The notes: generated by a model not told the origin, from the letters alone. A stretch of DNA of 64,000 nt from Eledone cirrhosa (GCA_964016885.1 OZ024742.1:3720001-3784000), one strand, 5' to 3'; shown: positions 45,898-59,751, counted from the first letter of the stretch. Program-made: numbers and translations.

Positions 45898-48174
45898 ATG
45901 GCCCCCCCTCAGGAGAAACCACAGATAATCAACCTCTCAAAGACACCTCTAACCAACACACAAATCAACATTTTAAGTAAGGGCCTGAAATTTACACCTA
46001 TACCACGTAAACCAAACTTCCCCGAAATGAAGGATGACATCATGGAATACTGCCGAAAGCTGCGACTAACGGAATTCTTCCACAACGACACCAACACTGA
46101 AGACGAATCACTGGTTAGAAATAAAAGCAATTTCTGCCCACAAAAGGGAAGAAATAAAGCACTGGACACGTACTGCGAACACATCACCAACTTTCCCTAT
46201 GAAAAAATTACAAATAAACACACGAAATCAAACCTATCTACACACGAATGGGAAGAATTATTCACACTTAGAAACAACCCTGACATAACTATCAAAGAAG
46301 CCGATAAAGGCACTACTGTTGTCATTATGAATACGGACTACTATAGGACCCTCGCACTTAACATTTTAGAAAACAACACATACTATGAAAAAACAGAAAA
46401 CTACAAACACACCAAAACAATGGGGAACCTTTTGACCTTACTGAATAAATACCGCAACAGCTTAACCACAAAAGAGTTTAACTATATAAGCCACTTCAAA
46501 TGCAATACAAGCTCTTTTTACGGCTTACCGAAACCCCACAAATGTAAACCCATAAACGATGCATGTGACACTTCAACCAACAATTACATTGAACTAACAC
46601 CACCAGAAGACCTAAAACTCAGGCCAATTATAGCAGGCCCTACATGTGAAACCCACAGACTTAGCAACTTTCTGGACATCCTACTGAAACCCTTTCTACC
46701 ACATATACAGAGTTACATATGAGATGACCTTGACATGCTGAAACACCTCCCTAAAACAGTAAGTGCAAATACAATTCTTGTCTCCTTTGACGTAATAAAC
46801 CTCTACACAAACATACCCCACAACTATGGAATAACAGCAGTCCAATACTGGCTTAACACACACCCATCAGAAATACCGACACGCATCAATAAAGATTTTA
46901 TCACTGACGGACTCCGCTTTATCCTACAAAATAACTACTTCACATTCAATGGTTCAACATACAGACAAGTATCAGGTACGGCAATGGGCACGAAAGTAGC
47001 ACCCACATATGCCAACCTAGTCATGGGATTCCATGAACAACAAATATACAGTCAGTCCCTTCTCTTATTAGGAGACTCTTTCCACACACACCTCAAAGCC
47101 AATTGGAAAAGATATCTAGACGACTGCTTTATCCTATGGCAAGAAGACATGAACTCACTTACTATGTTTAAAAACATGATAAACAACATAGGTAATAACA
47201 TACAATTCACAATGGAATCCAATCCCAAGGAATTAGCCTTCTTGGATATTCTCATCTCTGTAATAGACGGGAAATTAGATACAGATATATTCTATAAACC
47301 CACAGATTCCAAGCAATACCTCTTTTTCACATCAAGTCACCCAAAACATACAAAACTTAACATTCCTTACAATTTGGCCAAAAGTATATGTACCATAGTA
47401 TCAGATCCACCTAAACGGGAGCAAAGACTAAAGGAACTAAAAGACACCCTTATCTTAAGAGCCTTTCCACTTGAAATAATCAACAATGGAATAGACAGGG
47501 CAAAACACCTAAATCCCCATCAACTTAACAATCCAAAACAGAAAACCACACTCAACACCCTGCCATATGTATCCACTTTCAACCCCAGAAATACCGAAAT
47601 GTTTGATCACCTACACAAAAACCTCCCTATCCTACTTAAAGATGTACAAATGAAGTCTATTCTTGAAACACACAAGATCCTTAAAAGTAAAAGACAACCC
47701 AAATCACTAAAACGCATTCTCACTGGACCAAATATACCCAAACCAATCCGCAACACTACAGTTACCAAATGTGGTAGAACAAACTGTGGAACTTGCCTCT
47801 ACCTCACTGAAGGACAAAAATTTACATTTAAAGATGGCCAAACATTTACAGTAAAAAACAATTTCACCTGCAACTCGGAGAACTTGATTTACGCAATAAC
47901 TTGCGGTGGGTGCAAACACAACTACATAGGACAGACGGGCACCTCATTACGCAAAAGAATGACCAGCCACCGCCAACAAATCCGGGACGCTAGCACAAGA
48001 AAATTCCCCTTGAGCAGCCATATTGCGAACTGCGCAGGAATGACACTACCCAACTTTAAAATCTTCCCCTTCTACAAGTGCTCAGATTCGTTCACACAGC
48101 AACAAAGAATAAACAAAGAAAATCTATTCCTTAACAAATTTAAACCAAAACTAAACGGGTTATCACCCCAATAG
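45898..48174 (+). pseudogene. Neptune-like PLE RT + GIY-YIG with one in-frame TGA (46720-46722)
   Basis: LSKGLKFTP, KEADKG, FYGLPKPHK, RPII, FDVINLYTNIP, GTAMGT, WKRYLDDCF, FLDI, linker KCGRTNCGTC, NLIYAITC...YIGQT. The stop is at the Arg of SYIRDD in the paralog. Confidence 0.9.
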
Positions 48175-48796
48175 AATTGTCATAAAATATAAACACACAT
48201 ACGCACGGAGTGACAGATATATGTGTTTGTATGTGTGCATGTATATAATTATCACTAATATTAAAGACCAGAGACCAATTCTGTAGAATCAGGTTTATTC
48301 GTTGACAGACCATGCCTTTGTGTGACCAACACATCCATGTTAAACCCTGCACGTGCACACACGTATATCTATATATATATGCGCACACAGAATTTACCAC
48401 TGTCGGTTGCGGGGCCCAATCTACATGAAGAACTCAATGTGATCAGAATGACTTGTATTTTAATTTCACTGTCCTAACTTCTTATATTATGGAAAAAATA
48501 TGTGTATGTATGTATATATATATATGTGTATATATGTGTGTGTATGTGTGTGCATGCGGATGTATGTATTGTGTGTGCGTGTGTGTGTGTGTGTATGTAT
48601 GTATGTGTGTATCTGGATGTATGCGTATGTGTATATATATATGTATGTGTGTGTATATATATGTGTGTGTATGTGTATATACGTGTGTGTGTTTGTATGT
48701 GTGTATGTATATATATGTGTGGGTGTGTATGTATGTGTGGGGGTGTGTGTGTATATATATGTGTATGTATATGTGTGTATATATGTGTATGTACAC

Positions 48797-48828
<32 letters not shown>

Positions 48829-48899
48829 ATGTATGTGCATATATGTGTGTGTGTATGTGTGTGTGTATATATATGTATGTGTGTGTGTATGTATGTGTG

Positions 48900-48964
<65 letters not shown>

Positions 48965-49328
48965 ATGTATATGTATATGTATGTATGTGTGGATGAAGGT
49001 GTATGTGTGTATATATAGGTGTAAGTGAACTAAATCCCTTTCTATCAATCTCCCCTCTTCTACCTACCACAGGAAGATATATGTATGTATATTGCTTCCA
49101 CCCCCTGACTGACCAGCAGCTGGCCATCTGGCCATTGCTAAATTTGACCTTTATAAAATAACCCACACCCCCAAATAACTTCTAATTCACTACCAGAAAG
49201 GCACATAGCAGTCAACTTGCTGTTACCAAGATGAAAACTACTATGAAATCCCACAATGAATTTTATACTTGAATTTTCAAATCTCAAATTTTAACTCTTC
49301 TTATTATTAATTTTTCTTAATATTAATC

Positions 49329-49376
49329 AACATTTGAAAAGATGGCTTTTGCAGACCCATCGAAAACGGTCATCAT
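49329..49376 (+). ncRNA. HHR-like motif, U3-A8 core, weak helix I
   Basis: TTGAAAA-gatggcttttgcagacccatc-GAAA-ACGG-TC. Confidence 0.55.
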
Positions 49377-49540
49377 TTTTTATACCCTTTATTATTTCCT
49401 TACCTTATAAAATTATATGTTTTTTCACAAAAAAGTATTCTGTCTCTTATATATTCCATGTGCCATTACCAACCTCAATTTTCTCTATAACCTTCGTTTT
49501 GTGTAAATTACACTTTTCATATATATATATATATATATAT

Positions 49541-52178
49541 AGAAAGGATGAATATAAAATGAAAGTGATTTTGTTAAAAAAGGAATTTATTAGGTATTGA
49601 CATATGTTTCTGTAACAGACCGAATATCTATGTATCGCTGCTTGCGTAATCATATAATGTTAGCAAGTATTCGATAGCAAATGTATAAACAGTTGTCACT
49701 TCTTCAGAGATTTTGGATAAACTGGATAAAATCAGAAAAATTGAAGTATTTATATTAGTAAAAGAGGAAGGAACAGAGGGGATAGAATATGACAGATGGT
49801 AAAATAATTTACTGCTAAACAAGTATATAATGGGTTTTTAATGAGAATACCATGAGTGAATCTAAATAAGAATTTTGGGAGTGCCGATTTTAATCTCTAC
49901 TTGACCAACTGGACAGTGGACAGGGCTGGTCATTTGGTGCAGTAGTATTAATCATAAAGTGTCAATTGGGGAAGGGGGAGATTTCGATTGCTACTAAATA
50001 ACATCAATGCTAGTAGTCAGCTGGTATTTCCACTAGGGAATTGAATCAAAAAATCAGAAATCTCATTTTATCTATAGCAGTTTGTATTAAAAGGTAAATA
50101 ATAGAAGAGTTGATAGAATTAAGACTAATAAAGAATGTTCATATCTATTTTGACAATCAAACGGGGATAGAGACAGGCGTTCAATCCTGGTAGTATTTAT
50201 AATATGAAAATGTAGATTTTAAGCGATGGTTACAGTATAACGATCGCTCTATTCTGTTATTTAATAAAATGTTTTTGGATTTCATAATACAAAATAATTC
50301 TACATTACATAATTTACAAAATTCCTGTCCATTGGAATATGGGGGGGCAGCCGCTATTATATCCCATTTTAGGTGAAATTGTTGGTTATTTTCACGCAGC
50401 TGCCATGCCTTGTCTGCGAGTGTTGTTACATAACGCTGGTTTTCATGTTTTATCGAATAACGATGTCTATAAAGGCGTGATTTAAAGGAGGTGGCTGTAG
50501 ATCCCACATAGTACCACTTCTGTCTATCCGATTCGATAGTACATTTGTATACGATGTTGCGTTCAAGACACTGATTGTTCAACGGACACATTTCTGGTTG
50601 GACACAGTTGCAATTACAATTTTGCGTTGTTGTATTGCCATGGATGGGTTGATGAGGTTGCTTATGCAGGACAGGATGTTGTTTGTTGTTTTGTGATGTT
50701 ATAGCTAATGTTTTACGTGTATTGTTATGTGTTGGAAGGCGTTTATACAACCGTTTTGCGTTAAGCATTTTTATATGTTGTTCAATATTAGGGGCGGTTG
50801 AATATGAAAGTCGGATGGTGTTAGGGTTTAAGATTTTATTATATTTATGTGATGTTGGAAAGTGTTTTCTAACTAATCGAAAGAATTTTGTGGGTAGATT
50901 GGTTTTAATAGATTTGTTATAGACCGGGTTGTACCAGATATACTCCTTACATCGCCTTCTGTTTGGTGGTGTGCGACTATTATTGTGTCTATTGCGGTAG
51001 TGTATGTATGGTGGTGATTCTGTGCTATTTCTACTCCTATGTGATTTATTTTGGGTGTTTTGGTGATCATTGACTATATACTCTATATTATCTAGGTGAC
51101 CGGCTTTCCTAAGTGCATCATCATAATACTCGGCATGTTCTTTGAAGGTTTGTTGGTTGGACGATATGCGGGAGATTCTAAGAGAAACATTTCTAGGGAT
51201 GGATTTAATTATAGAGAGTGGATGGTTAGAACTCGTATTTACATATTTAAGGTTCTCATTTAGTTTATGGAACGGTTTATTCCAATGGACAGGAATTTTG
51301 TAAATTATGTAATGTAGAATTATTTTGTATTATGAAATCCAAAAACATTTTATTAAATAACAGAATAGAGCGATCGTTATACTGTAACCATCGCTTAAAA
51401 TCTACATTTTCATATTATAAATACTACCAGGATTGAACGCCTGTCTCTATCCCCGTTTGATTGTCAAAATAGATATGAACATTCTTTATTAGTCTTAATT
51501 CTATCAACTCTTCTATTATTTACCTTTTAATACAAACTGCTATAGATAAAATGAGATTTCTGATTTTTTGATTCAATTCCCTAGTGGAAATACCAGCTGA
51601 CTACTAGCATTGATGTTATTTAGTAGCAATCGAAATCTCCCCCTTCCCCAATTGACACTTTATGATTAATACTACTGCACCAAATGACCAGCCCTGTCCA
51701 CTGTCCAGTTGGTCAAGTAGAGATTAAAATCGGCACTCCCAAAATTCTTATTTAGATTCACTCATGGTATTCTCATTAAAAACCCATTATATACTTGTTT
51801 AGCAGTAAATTATTTTACCATTTGTCATATTCTATCCCCTCTGTTCCTTCCTCTTTTACTTATATAAATACTTCAATTTTTCTGATTTTATCCAGTTTAT
51901 CCAAAATCTCTGAAGAAGTGACAACTGTTTATACATTTGCTATCGAATACTTGCTAACATTATATGATTACGCAAGCAGCGATACATAGGTATTCGGTCT
52001 CTTACAGAAACATATGTCAATACCTAATAAATTCCTTTTTTAACAAAAGCACTTTCATTTTATATTCATCCTTTCTACATTTCTCCGGAATATAATTTAT
52101 ACTCGTTGAGCAAACCTGCACGTACGCTGTTCATCTCTAACGTAACGATATATTATCACTACATTATTGATAACCTGA

Positions 52179-52183
<5 letters not shown>
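49541..52183 (-). mobile_element. 5'-truncated Hydra-like PLE with ~800 bp inverted 3' end
   Basis: EN ORF 50181-50768 (CNCVQPEMCPLNNQC, YYVGSTATSFKSR, CKLC); arms 49541-50339 and 51278-52077; (TA)n flanks. Confidence 0.85.
51906..52022 (+). ncRNA. HHR-like motif with ~90 nt helix II (inverted copy 49595-49711)
   Basis: CTGAAGA-agtgaca...ttaca-GAAA-CATATG-TC; helix I pairs poorly. Confidence 0.45.
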
Positions 52184-52216
<33 letters not shown>

Positions 52217-52220
<4 letters not shown>

Positions 52221-52440
52221 ATAATAATAAAATTGAAGACTAAAATCCAAAAAGGGCTCGATAAGGAAAATATATATCAAATATATAAGAACCGTAGAAC
52301 AAATATTTATTAAAATAACAGATTAAAGTTTAAGCAAAGAATCGCTGCTTTCACCCTTAACCGGATCTTCTGAAACTCAGTTTCAGAAGATCCCGTTAAG
52401 GGTGAAAGCAGCGATTCTTTGCTTAAACTTTAATCTGTTA

Positions 52441-52448
<8 letters not shown>
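52217..52448. mobile_element. pLTR-like hairpin (70 bp arms, centre 52378) with HHR-like motif; relative at ~8207-8510
   Basis: 52308-52377 mirrors 52379-52448; the same sequence occurs at 8218-8274. Confidence 0.75.
52379..52429 (+). ncRNA. HHR-like motif with U4A (inverted copy 52327-52377; decayed copy 8224-8274)
   Basis: agttt-CAGAAGA-tccc-gttaa-gggt-GAAA-GCA...TGC-TT-aaact. Confidence 0.55.
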
Positions 52449-52511
<63 letters not shown>

Positions 52512-52518
<7 letters not shown>

Positions 52519-52950
52519 TAAGAGAAATTCCAACTTTGTCTGATTTACTCGTTTTATTTACAATCCTTTAAAATTTATAATGGTATTATAATGAAATAGT
52601 ATGATGGGATATTAAATGTTAAGTGTTAATTGAACAAGTACTTTCATGCTTTCGCAATCTTCAGGTTCATAATGTGTGGTGACAGTCAAGTTTGCAATTT
52701 TCAACTGTGAAAATTGACAGTTGAAAATTGAAAACTTGACTGTCACTACACATTATGAACCTGAAGATTGCGAAATCATGAACATACTTGTTCAATTAAC
52801 ACTTAACATTTAATATTCTGTCATACTATTTCATTATAATACCATTATAAATTAGAAAGGATTGTAAATAAAACGAGTAAATCAGACAAAGTTGGAATTC
52901 CTCTTATTAATATAATCTTCTATACACAATCATACACACCCGTGTATATT
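52512..52950. mobile_element. Palindromic non-coding HHR element, copy 2
   Basis: Same family, same loop gaaaattg (52709-52716) and same tail as copy 1; (TA)n flanks. Confidence 0.85.
52631..52669 (-). ncRNA. Minimal type I HHR; its plus-arm partner 52756-52794 is mutated
   Basis: Identical to 16757-16795; the partner reads tcat-GAAC-ATAC. Confidence 0.78.
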
Positions 52951-52960
52951 TATCTATCTA

Positions 52961-53019
<59 letters not shown>

Positions 53020-53134
53020 GTGTATATGTATGTATGTATATGTGTATATATGTGTATATATATGTGTGTATATATATGTATGTGTGTATGTATGTATATA
53101 TATGTATGTGTGTATGTATGTATATGTATGTATA

Positions 53135-53189
<55 letters not shown>

Positions 53190-53204
53190 ATATATGTATA
53201 TATG

Positions 53205-53285
<81 letters not shown>

Positions 53286-53331
53286 TTGTGTATATGTGTG
53301 TATATATGTGTATATGTATATATATGTATTT

Positions 53332-53818
53332 TGAACTGGTCTATAGAATTCTCTAGGCCTTTGTCACTAAGTAGAACCTTAAAGAATTAGCTTTTAAAGA
53401 ATTTCCCTTTTCTTATAATCTATTAACCATGACCGACCCCCAACGATCTTATAGACACCTGAAATATAGGCATTGTTAGCTTAAGAGAAACTTAAAAATA
53501 AGGAGTGGCATCCCATTCTGAACTTGTTTATACAATTCTTTTTGCCTTTGTTACTCTAAATATAAATTATAGCTTTAAAGAATTAGCTTTTAATGAATTC
53601 CCTTTTCTATCAACCAATGACCGCTACCCATCCCAATCCCCACCCTCTCCTACCACCTGAAGAGACCTATAAATACCATATTTATTTTTTGATACCGATT
53701 TCTAAAGAATGAAACAGTTCTAGTCCTGTAGAATCTCATCTATATTAAACCTTTTATACTCTGCTATGTATTGAGTACCTTACTTACTGTGGTTACCTCC
53801 GATTCAACCCGGAATAAC

Positions 53819-53820
<2 letters not shown>
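53332..53820 (+). mobile_element. Second copy of the 29963-30440 family
   Basis: Internal ~188 bp-period duplication (tgaact...ttaaagaattagcttttaa); GAAA-CAG...CTG-TA-gaatct at 53711-53736. Confidence 0.65.
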
Positions 53821-53857
<37 letters not shown>

Positions 53858-53860
<3 letters not shown>

Positions 53861-54208
53861 AAAAGTATGACCCCGACGGCAGAGCTCAACCCGTTTCTAC
53901 GGCTTGAGATCTGCCGTCGGAGTCATACTTTTTCCTATTTCCCAATCTACTAACCTAAGTATTGAGTACTCTGGTGCGTTATGGTCCATCTGGTTCTTTA
54001 CCACAATTCCTTTGTTATATATATATATTTATATGGAGTCAGATGGACAATAACGCACCAGAGTACTCAATACTTAGACTAGTAGAGTGTGAAATAGGAA
54101 AAAGTATGACCCCGACGGGAGAGCTCAAGCCGTTTCGACGACTATTTCTGCGTCCAGAAATAGCCGTCGAAACGGCTTGAGCTCTGCCGTCGGGGTCATA
54201 CTTTTTCC
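53858..54208. mobile_element. Two adjacent fold-back hairpins of one pLTR family, each carrying the 3' half of an HHR
   Basis: Hairpins 53860-53933 and 54097-54208; GAAA-CGGC...GCCG-TC-ggggtcata at 54169-54200. Confidence 0.7.
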
Positions 54209-54225
54209 CACATATATATATATAT

Positions 54226-54820
54226 ACTGACGAAGGACTATTTTTATCATATGTAACCCATGTGCAAACCACGCAGTAATCTTCTTTCTTCTCATGTTTT
54301 TTATATATATTTACCTCGGCTGCGTTTGTCTGTTTCTCTCTTACTGCCTCCCCGCTCTCTCTGTTTCTCTCACCTTCTTTCGCCCCCTCTGTCAGTTACA
54401 CTTTCTCTCGACTGACCTCTTCCTCACACTTCCACTCACTCACTCTCTGTTTCTCCCCTTCTCACTTCCTTCCGTTTGGCTTGTGTGGGTCTCTTCTTGC
54501 TCACATCTCACACACATCAACACGGTCTGTACCTCTCTTGCTCATGAAATCCACCCAGCTTATTCTGACCGGACAATCATGTTGTTTGTTTATTTTCCTA
54601 TCTTCGGTTTGCTTTTATCCTTCTATCTTGTTTACTTGTCCCCCTCGCCTTACGCGAATTCTGGTCCCAATAACGTTTTTTAGTTATTGCTCGCACCAAC
54701 CTGAGGTATCTGATTTTTAATGCGATCCAATACCAATGATGGTTGGAAAATCACTGACGAAGGACTATTTTTATCATATGTAACCCATGTGCAAACCACG
54801 CAGTACTCTTCTTTCTTCTC

Positions 54821-54830
<10 letters not shown>
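54226..54830 (+). mobile_element. 527 bp non-coding unit with ~78 bp terminal direct repeat in (TA)n
   Basis: actgacgaaggactatttttatc...ctcatgtttt at 54226 and 54753; the repeat begins at a CTGACGA motif. Confidence 0.6.
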
Positions 54831-54896
<66 letters not shown>

Positions 54897-55014
54897 TAAA
54901 CGGAACAGAAAATGCTGACAAATTGTTCACAGTTGAAAAATAGTTTAATTAGGAATAAAAGAGTATTAGTAATTGTATGGGTTAGTATTCAGTTGTGGTT
55001 TTAAGTTTTTAAGT

Positions 55015-55051
55015 TTTTACCGGTTGCGCATTTCTAAATGCTTTTCAAAAA
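55015..55051 (-). ncRNA. HHR-like motif, U3-A8 core, GAAA>GCAA
   Basis: ttt-TTGAAAA-gcatttagaaatgc-GCAA-CCGG-TA-aaa. Confidence 0.5.
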
Positions 55052-55112
55052 TAATTTTGAGATAGAGTGTCCGTGTTGTTTTCTCTGATCTGATTAGTTT
55101 TGGGAATTCTAC

Positions 55113-55361
55113 CTGTTTTTATGTTAAAAAAGTGACTCCAGCGCTACTTTGGTGTTGCAAAAATTCTTGTGGTCAAAACAATTTTGATTGGTCGGTAGAG
55201 GTCATGTGAATGTAAAAAATTGATTTTGCGCCAAGACTGTTTTTATGTTAAAAAACTGGCTCCAGCGCTACTTGGTGTTGCAAAAATTCTTGTGGTCAAA
55301 ACAATTTTGATTGCTCGGTAGAGGTCATGTGAATGTAAAAAATTGATTTTGCGCCATGACT
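55113..55361. repeat. ~123 bp tandem duplication in a PLE 3' UTR
   Basis: ctgtttttatgttaaaaaa...gattttgcgcca occurs twice. Confidence 0.85.
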
Positions 55362-55720
55362 GAGAAATGGCTCTTTCACAACAAATATGTGTGTGTGTGT
55401 AGTAGTAGTAGTAAAGTGTTCGATGTTGTGATAATGGTTAGCAGGGATGTGTGCGCGAATCCGCAGCCTGTTGACAGTTCAAATGGCTATTAAGATAAGT
55501 GTGTGTGTGTGGGGGGGGGTGTATGGGTGTGTGTGTGTGTGTGTGTGTATAGCAGAGTGATACGTATTAGCGGGATGGTCAGTAGGAATGTGTCTGTAAG
55601 CAGTGTGGGGTATTTTAGCATGTCAAAAGATATTTTTCAGCTTTTGTCCTATACGGAGAAGTGTGTGTGTATAAGTCTCTTTGTATGTTAATGTACGCGT
55701 GTGTATGTATGTGTGTGTGT

Positions 55721-55789
<69 letters not shown>

Positions 55790-55915
55790 CGTGTGTGGGT
55801 GGACCAGTATTTTTTTCAAATGGTAAAATGGTGTACATTATTCGATATTTTCAGTAAAATCGGTTCTCTTAATAGAACATCAAAAATCTTAACAATAAAA
55901 GGTGTGAAATAATAT

Positions 55916-56037
<122 letters not shown>

Positions 56038-56169
56038 TTTTTTTGTGTTGCACCATAGAGCATGTGTGTTTACGTATGTCATTGTGTTTATATGTGGGTA
56101 GAGATGTGTGCTGATGTAGGTATGTATGTTGACGTGTGTATGTTGTGGGTTCGTCTTAGGGAGACGTGT

Positions 56170-59100
56170 TTAGACGGGGTCCGTATTTATTAATAAAGTA
56201 AGATTCCTTGCTGATGCGCTGGGTGTGGGTGGCATATCTTTAAATTTGTAGAGGGGAAAGATTCTGAAGTTGGGATGATTTTGGGCGGCACAGGTATCAA
56301 TGTGTTCACTCAGTGGTATTTTCCTGTATTTCCGTATTTTAATTTGGGATCTATGGACAGTCATGCTTTGGCGGAGGCTGTTTTTGGTCTGACCTATGTA
56401 TTGTTCTCGACAACCTGAGCAAGTTAATACATATATTAGATTTTCCGATGCACATGTGAAATTGTGTTTTACTATAAAACGTTGTCCTTCTTAGAAATAG
56501 AATTCCGAACCCTCTATTAGGTTTTTGCGAATGCCACAGTTGAGTCTATCGCCTTTTTTTACTGTGGGTTTCGTTGTTGTGGTTGGTAGTACTTTGGCAT
56601 GTGTTAGGATGTTTTTCATTGACTTGGATTGTCTTTTGCTCTTTATGATATCGTGTGTTCGTAGGATTTGGTTCATTCTATGGTCCTTTTTCAACACAGG
56701 GATGTTCTGGAGGATGGTGTCAAAGGCCTCATTGTTGAGGGGGTTGTGTGTGGAGATGTATGGAAGAGCTTTTAGTTTCGGTTGATTTACTTTAGGGTGT
56801 CTAAGGTCCTGGGTACTGAGTTTTAGGGCACGTTGGATTCCATTGTCAATTAGTGATGCAGGGTAGTCCCTGCCTATGAGTGTGTCCTTTAGTTCTTGTA
56901 GCCGTAAGTAGCAGGTGTTTTTATTGGAGACTATAGTACAGATTCTCTTGGCTAAGTTGTAGGGAATATTAATTTTAACGTGTCTAGGGTGGCAAGAGTT
57001 GAAAGGAAGATATTGCTTGGAGTCTGTGGGCTTGTAGTATATGTCTGTTTCTATTTTTTTGTTATGGATCTTAATGAGGATGTCGAGGAAGGCGAGTTGT
57101 TGATGGCTGTATTCCATCGTGAAGTTAATATTCGTGTTGAGCCCATTTATAAGGGTGTGAAATTCTTTAAGTTTTTCGATGTTTTCGTGCCAAAGGATGA
57201 AGCAGTCATCTAGATATCGCTTCCAGTTCCTTTCAATGTGTAAGTGGAGAGTGTTTCCAAATTTGTTTAGGACTTTAGTGTAGAGGGTGATTTCCAGGTA
57301 TCCCATGACTAGGTTGGCATAAGTGGGGGCTGTTTTCGTTCCCATAGCGGTCCCAGATTTCTGCCTGTAGGGTTTGTTATTGAAAACGAAGTAATTGTTC
57401 TCCAAGATAAATTTGAGTCCCTCTATCACGAATTCTTTTTTGATGCGTTGTGGGAGTTCATTGTGGTAATTATCCAGCCAGAATTGGATAGCTTCTATTC
57501 CTAGGTTGTGGGGGATGTTGGAGTATAGGTTGACTACATCGAACGTCACTAGTAGGGTTTGTTCAGAAAGTGGCATATTAGGGAGGTGATTGAGCATATC
57601 TAGGTCGTCCCTTATATAGCTTTTGATGTGTTTGAGAAAGGGCTCGAGAAGGGTATCAATGAAGTTGCTAAGGCGGTGGGTTTCGCAAGCTGGGCCTGCT
57701 ATTATAGGTCTTAATTTGAGATCATTGGGTGAGGGGACATTGATGACTATGTCTGTGGCTTCCTTACATGCCTTACTTATTAATTCGCTTTTATGTACTT
57801 TAGGGATACCGTAGAAAAGGCTGGATTTACTTGTGAAGTCTGTGATGGAGCTAAATTCCTTATTAGTGAGTCCTTCTTTGTATTGGTTGATTAGCGTTTT
57901 TAGGTTTCTCATAATTTTCTGTTGATTGTAGTGTTCAGCCTTTTCGTAGTATGTTTCGTTTTCCAAAGTGGAGAGCGCTAAGTTGATATAGAATTCTGTC
58001 TCCATTGGGACTACTGTACTTTCTTTATCGGCCTCTTTAATTGTAATGGTTCTGTCGGTTTTCAATCTATTTAATTCTTCCCATTCTTTCTTGTTGAGGT
58101 TTGGCTTGTGTTTTTGTCTGTGCAAGTGTTGGTAAGGGAAGTTTGTGATGTGTTCACAGAATTCGTCCAGGATTTTATTTCTACCTTTTGAAGGGGTGTA
58201 ATTGCTTCTATTTCTGGCTAATGATTCATCCTCATTGTACTGGTCGAATAGTTGTTCACTAAGTCGTAACTTTCTACAGAAGTCTGTGATGTCTTCCTTC
58301 ATTCCATAGTAGTTAGGACGTAGTGGGGTCGGTGTGAATTTAAGACCTTTGGAGAGTAAGTTGATAAGGTTGGGTGTTGGTTCTGCACTAGTAAGATTGA
58401 TAATTTTTATTACTATCGGTTTCTCCTCCCTATCTTGTATTATTTTGTTTGCCTGTATCTGTGTGCTGTGTCTAAAAAATGGTTGGGGTAGAGGGGTTTT
58501 CTGCTGATGTTAAGTGGTCTCCTGTGTTTGTTATATTCCTTGTTGTTGTAAAATGTGGTTCGGGTTGGTGGTTGTAGATTGAATGGGGTGTTCCTGTACT
58601 GCGAGTATGGGTGTGTGTTTCTATGTGCCATGTTGTATTGTGGTGTTATAAGTGGCCTACGTTGTTGGTTGTATCGTGTGGTGTGGGTTTGTTGTCTATT
58701 GTGGAAGTGAGAGTTGAGAAAATGGTAATTACCTTGCTGTCCCCTTGAAGCGGGGAAGTTGTTACATCTATCATGGTGGTGGTATCTTTTCCCTATGTTT
58801 GACGATGAGGCATCCGCGTAGTAGTTGAGTGATTTGGTATGGCGTCTCTTTGAAGGGGGAAAGTTGTAAATGTCATTCTGGGGGAGATGATTTCTTGGGT
58901 TTTTGTTCCTTCTTATGGTAGCGAGGTTGGGAAGTTCATCTTCGGTGTGGTGCTTCCTTCTTCGTTTGTTAGTGGCTTGGGGGTTTGAGAAGTTGTTGTG
59001 CGGTTCAGTTATGGGTTTTCCTATTTTTATGAACGGGTTATTGGAGGTGTAATCCGTTTGAAAAGTCGATTCATAGTGTGGGAACCAAGCGGCACTTTTT

Positions 59101-59751
59101 TCCCAGCATTGAAGGGATTTCAGTTCTTCTCTGTTGTAGTCCCCTTTCCATAATTTGGAGATCTTCTCTACCTTGGGGCCTTCAGTTTTATTGTTGATTT
59201 CCAGGAGGATCTCTTCATCAGTGGTTTTGATTTTTTCCTCATTTGTCTTGGCCCTCAGTTTAAGAAGTTCAATTTCTGTCTTCATTTTTTCCAATGCCAT
59301 TCTTTCCCTAAGGTGTCTTTGAGGTTCGGGTTCATTTGGAATGGACTTTATTTGTAGTTTACGGGGGAGAGTTAGAGGGGTTGAGTTAAGCCATTTTTCA
59401 TATCTCCGCTTTGTTGTGATTTTGTATCATCTTCCAGAATGAGAACTTTCTGTTTCTGAGGGATTTGTTCCATTTTGGGATTGTTCGAATTTTCATTTTG
59501 TATGAATCAATCTCACATGGTTCTTCGTTGGTTTTTCCTGGGTTGGTAGTAGTGAAAATAGTTTGGATAGTATCGCAAAGGTTTTGGAGTTTGTCGCCGA
59601 TTTCGGAGGGTTTGTATCTGGTGGCGGTTTCCTTATTTGTGGAGTCAAGTTTGTCGACCAGCAAAAATAGGTTGGTGTTGATTTTCTTGAGTTCCTGTAG
59701 GATCTCTTCATTTGTGTTGATGGGGGTTGTATCCGTTTTTGTTGGCATTTT
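56170..59751 (-). pseudogene. Neptune-like PLE ORF with a few stops/frameshifts
   Basis: KEADK, FYGIPKVHK, FDVVNLYSNIP, GTAMGT, WKRYLDDCF, then after TAA at 56491 ENLIYVLTCSGCREQYIGQT. Confidence 0.87.

Larger units (their letters stand above)
45090..49520 (+). mobile_element. Neptune-like PLE with inverted 5' pLTR
   Basis: 45090-45303 is the reverse complement of 49272-49488; RT+EN ORF; (TG/TA)-rich 3' UTR; HHR-like motif in the pLTR. Confidence 0.88.

Noticed and set aside
46720-46722. In-frame TGA in a PLE ORF as possible selenocysteine (known in Naiad PLEs)
   Set aside because: It aligns to Arg (SYIRDD) in the paralog, consistent with CGA>TGA decay. Conserved cysteines use normal codons, and these elements have C-terminal EN, unlike Naiads.
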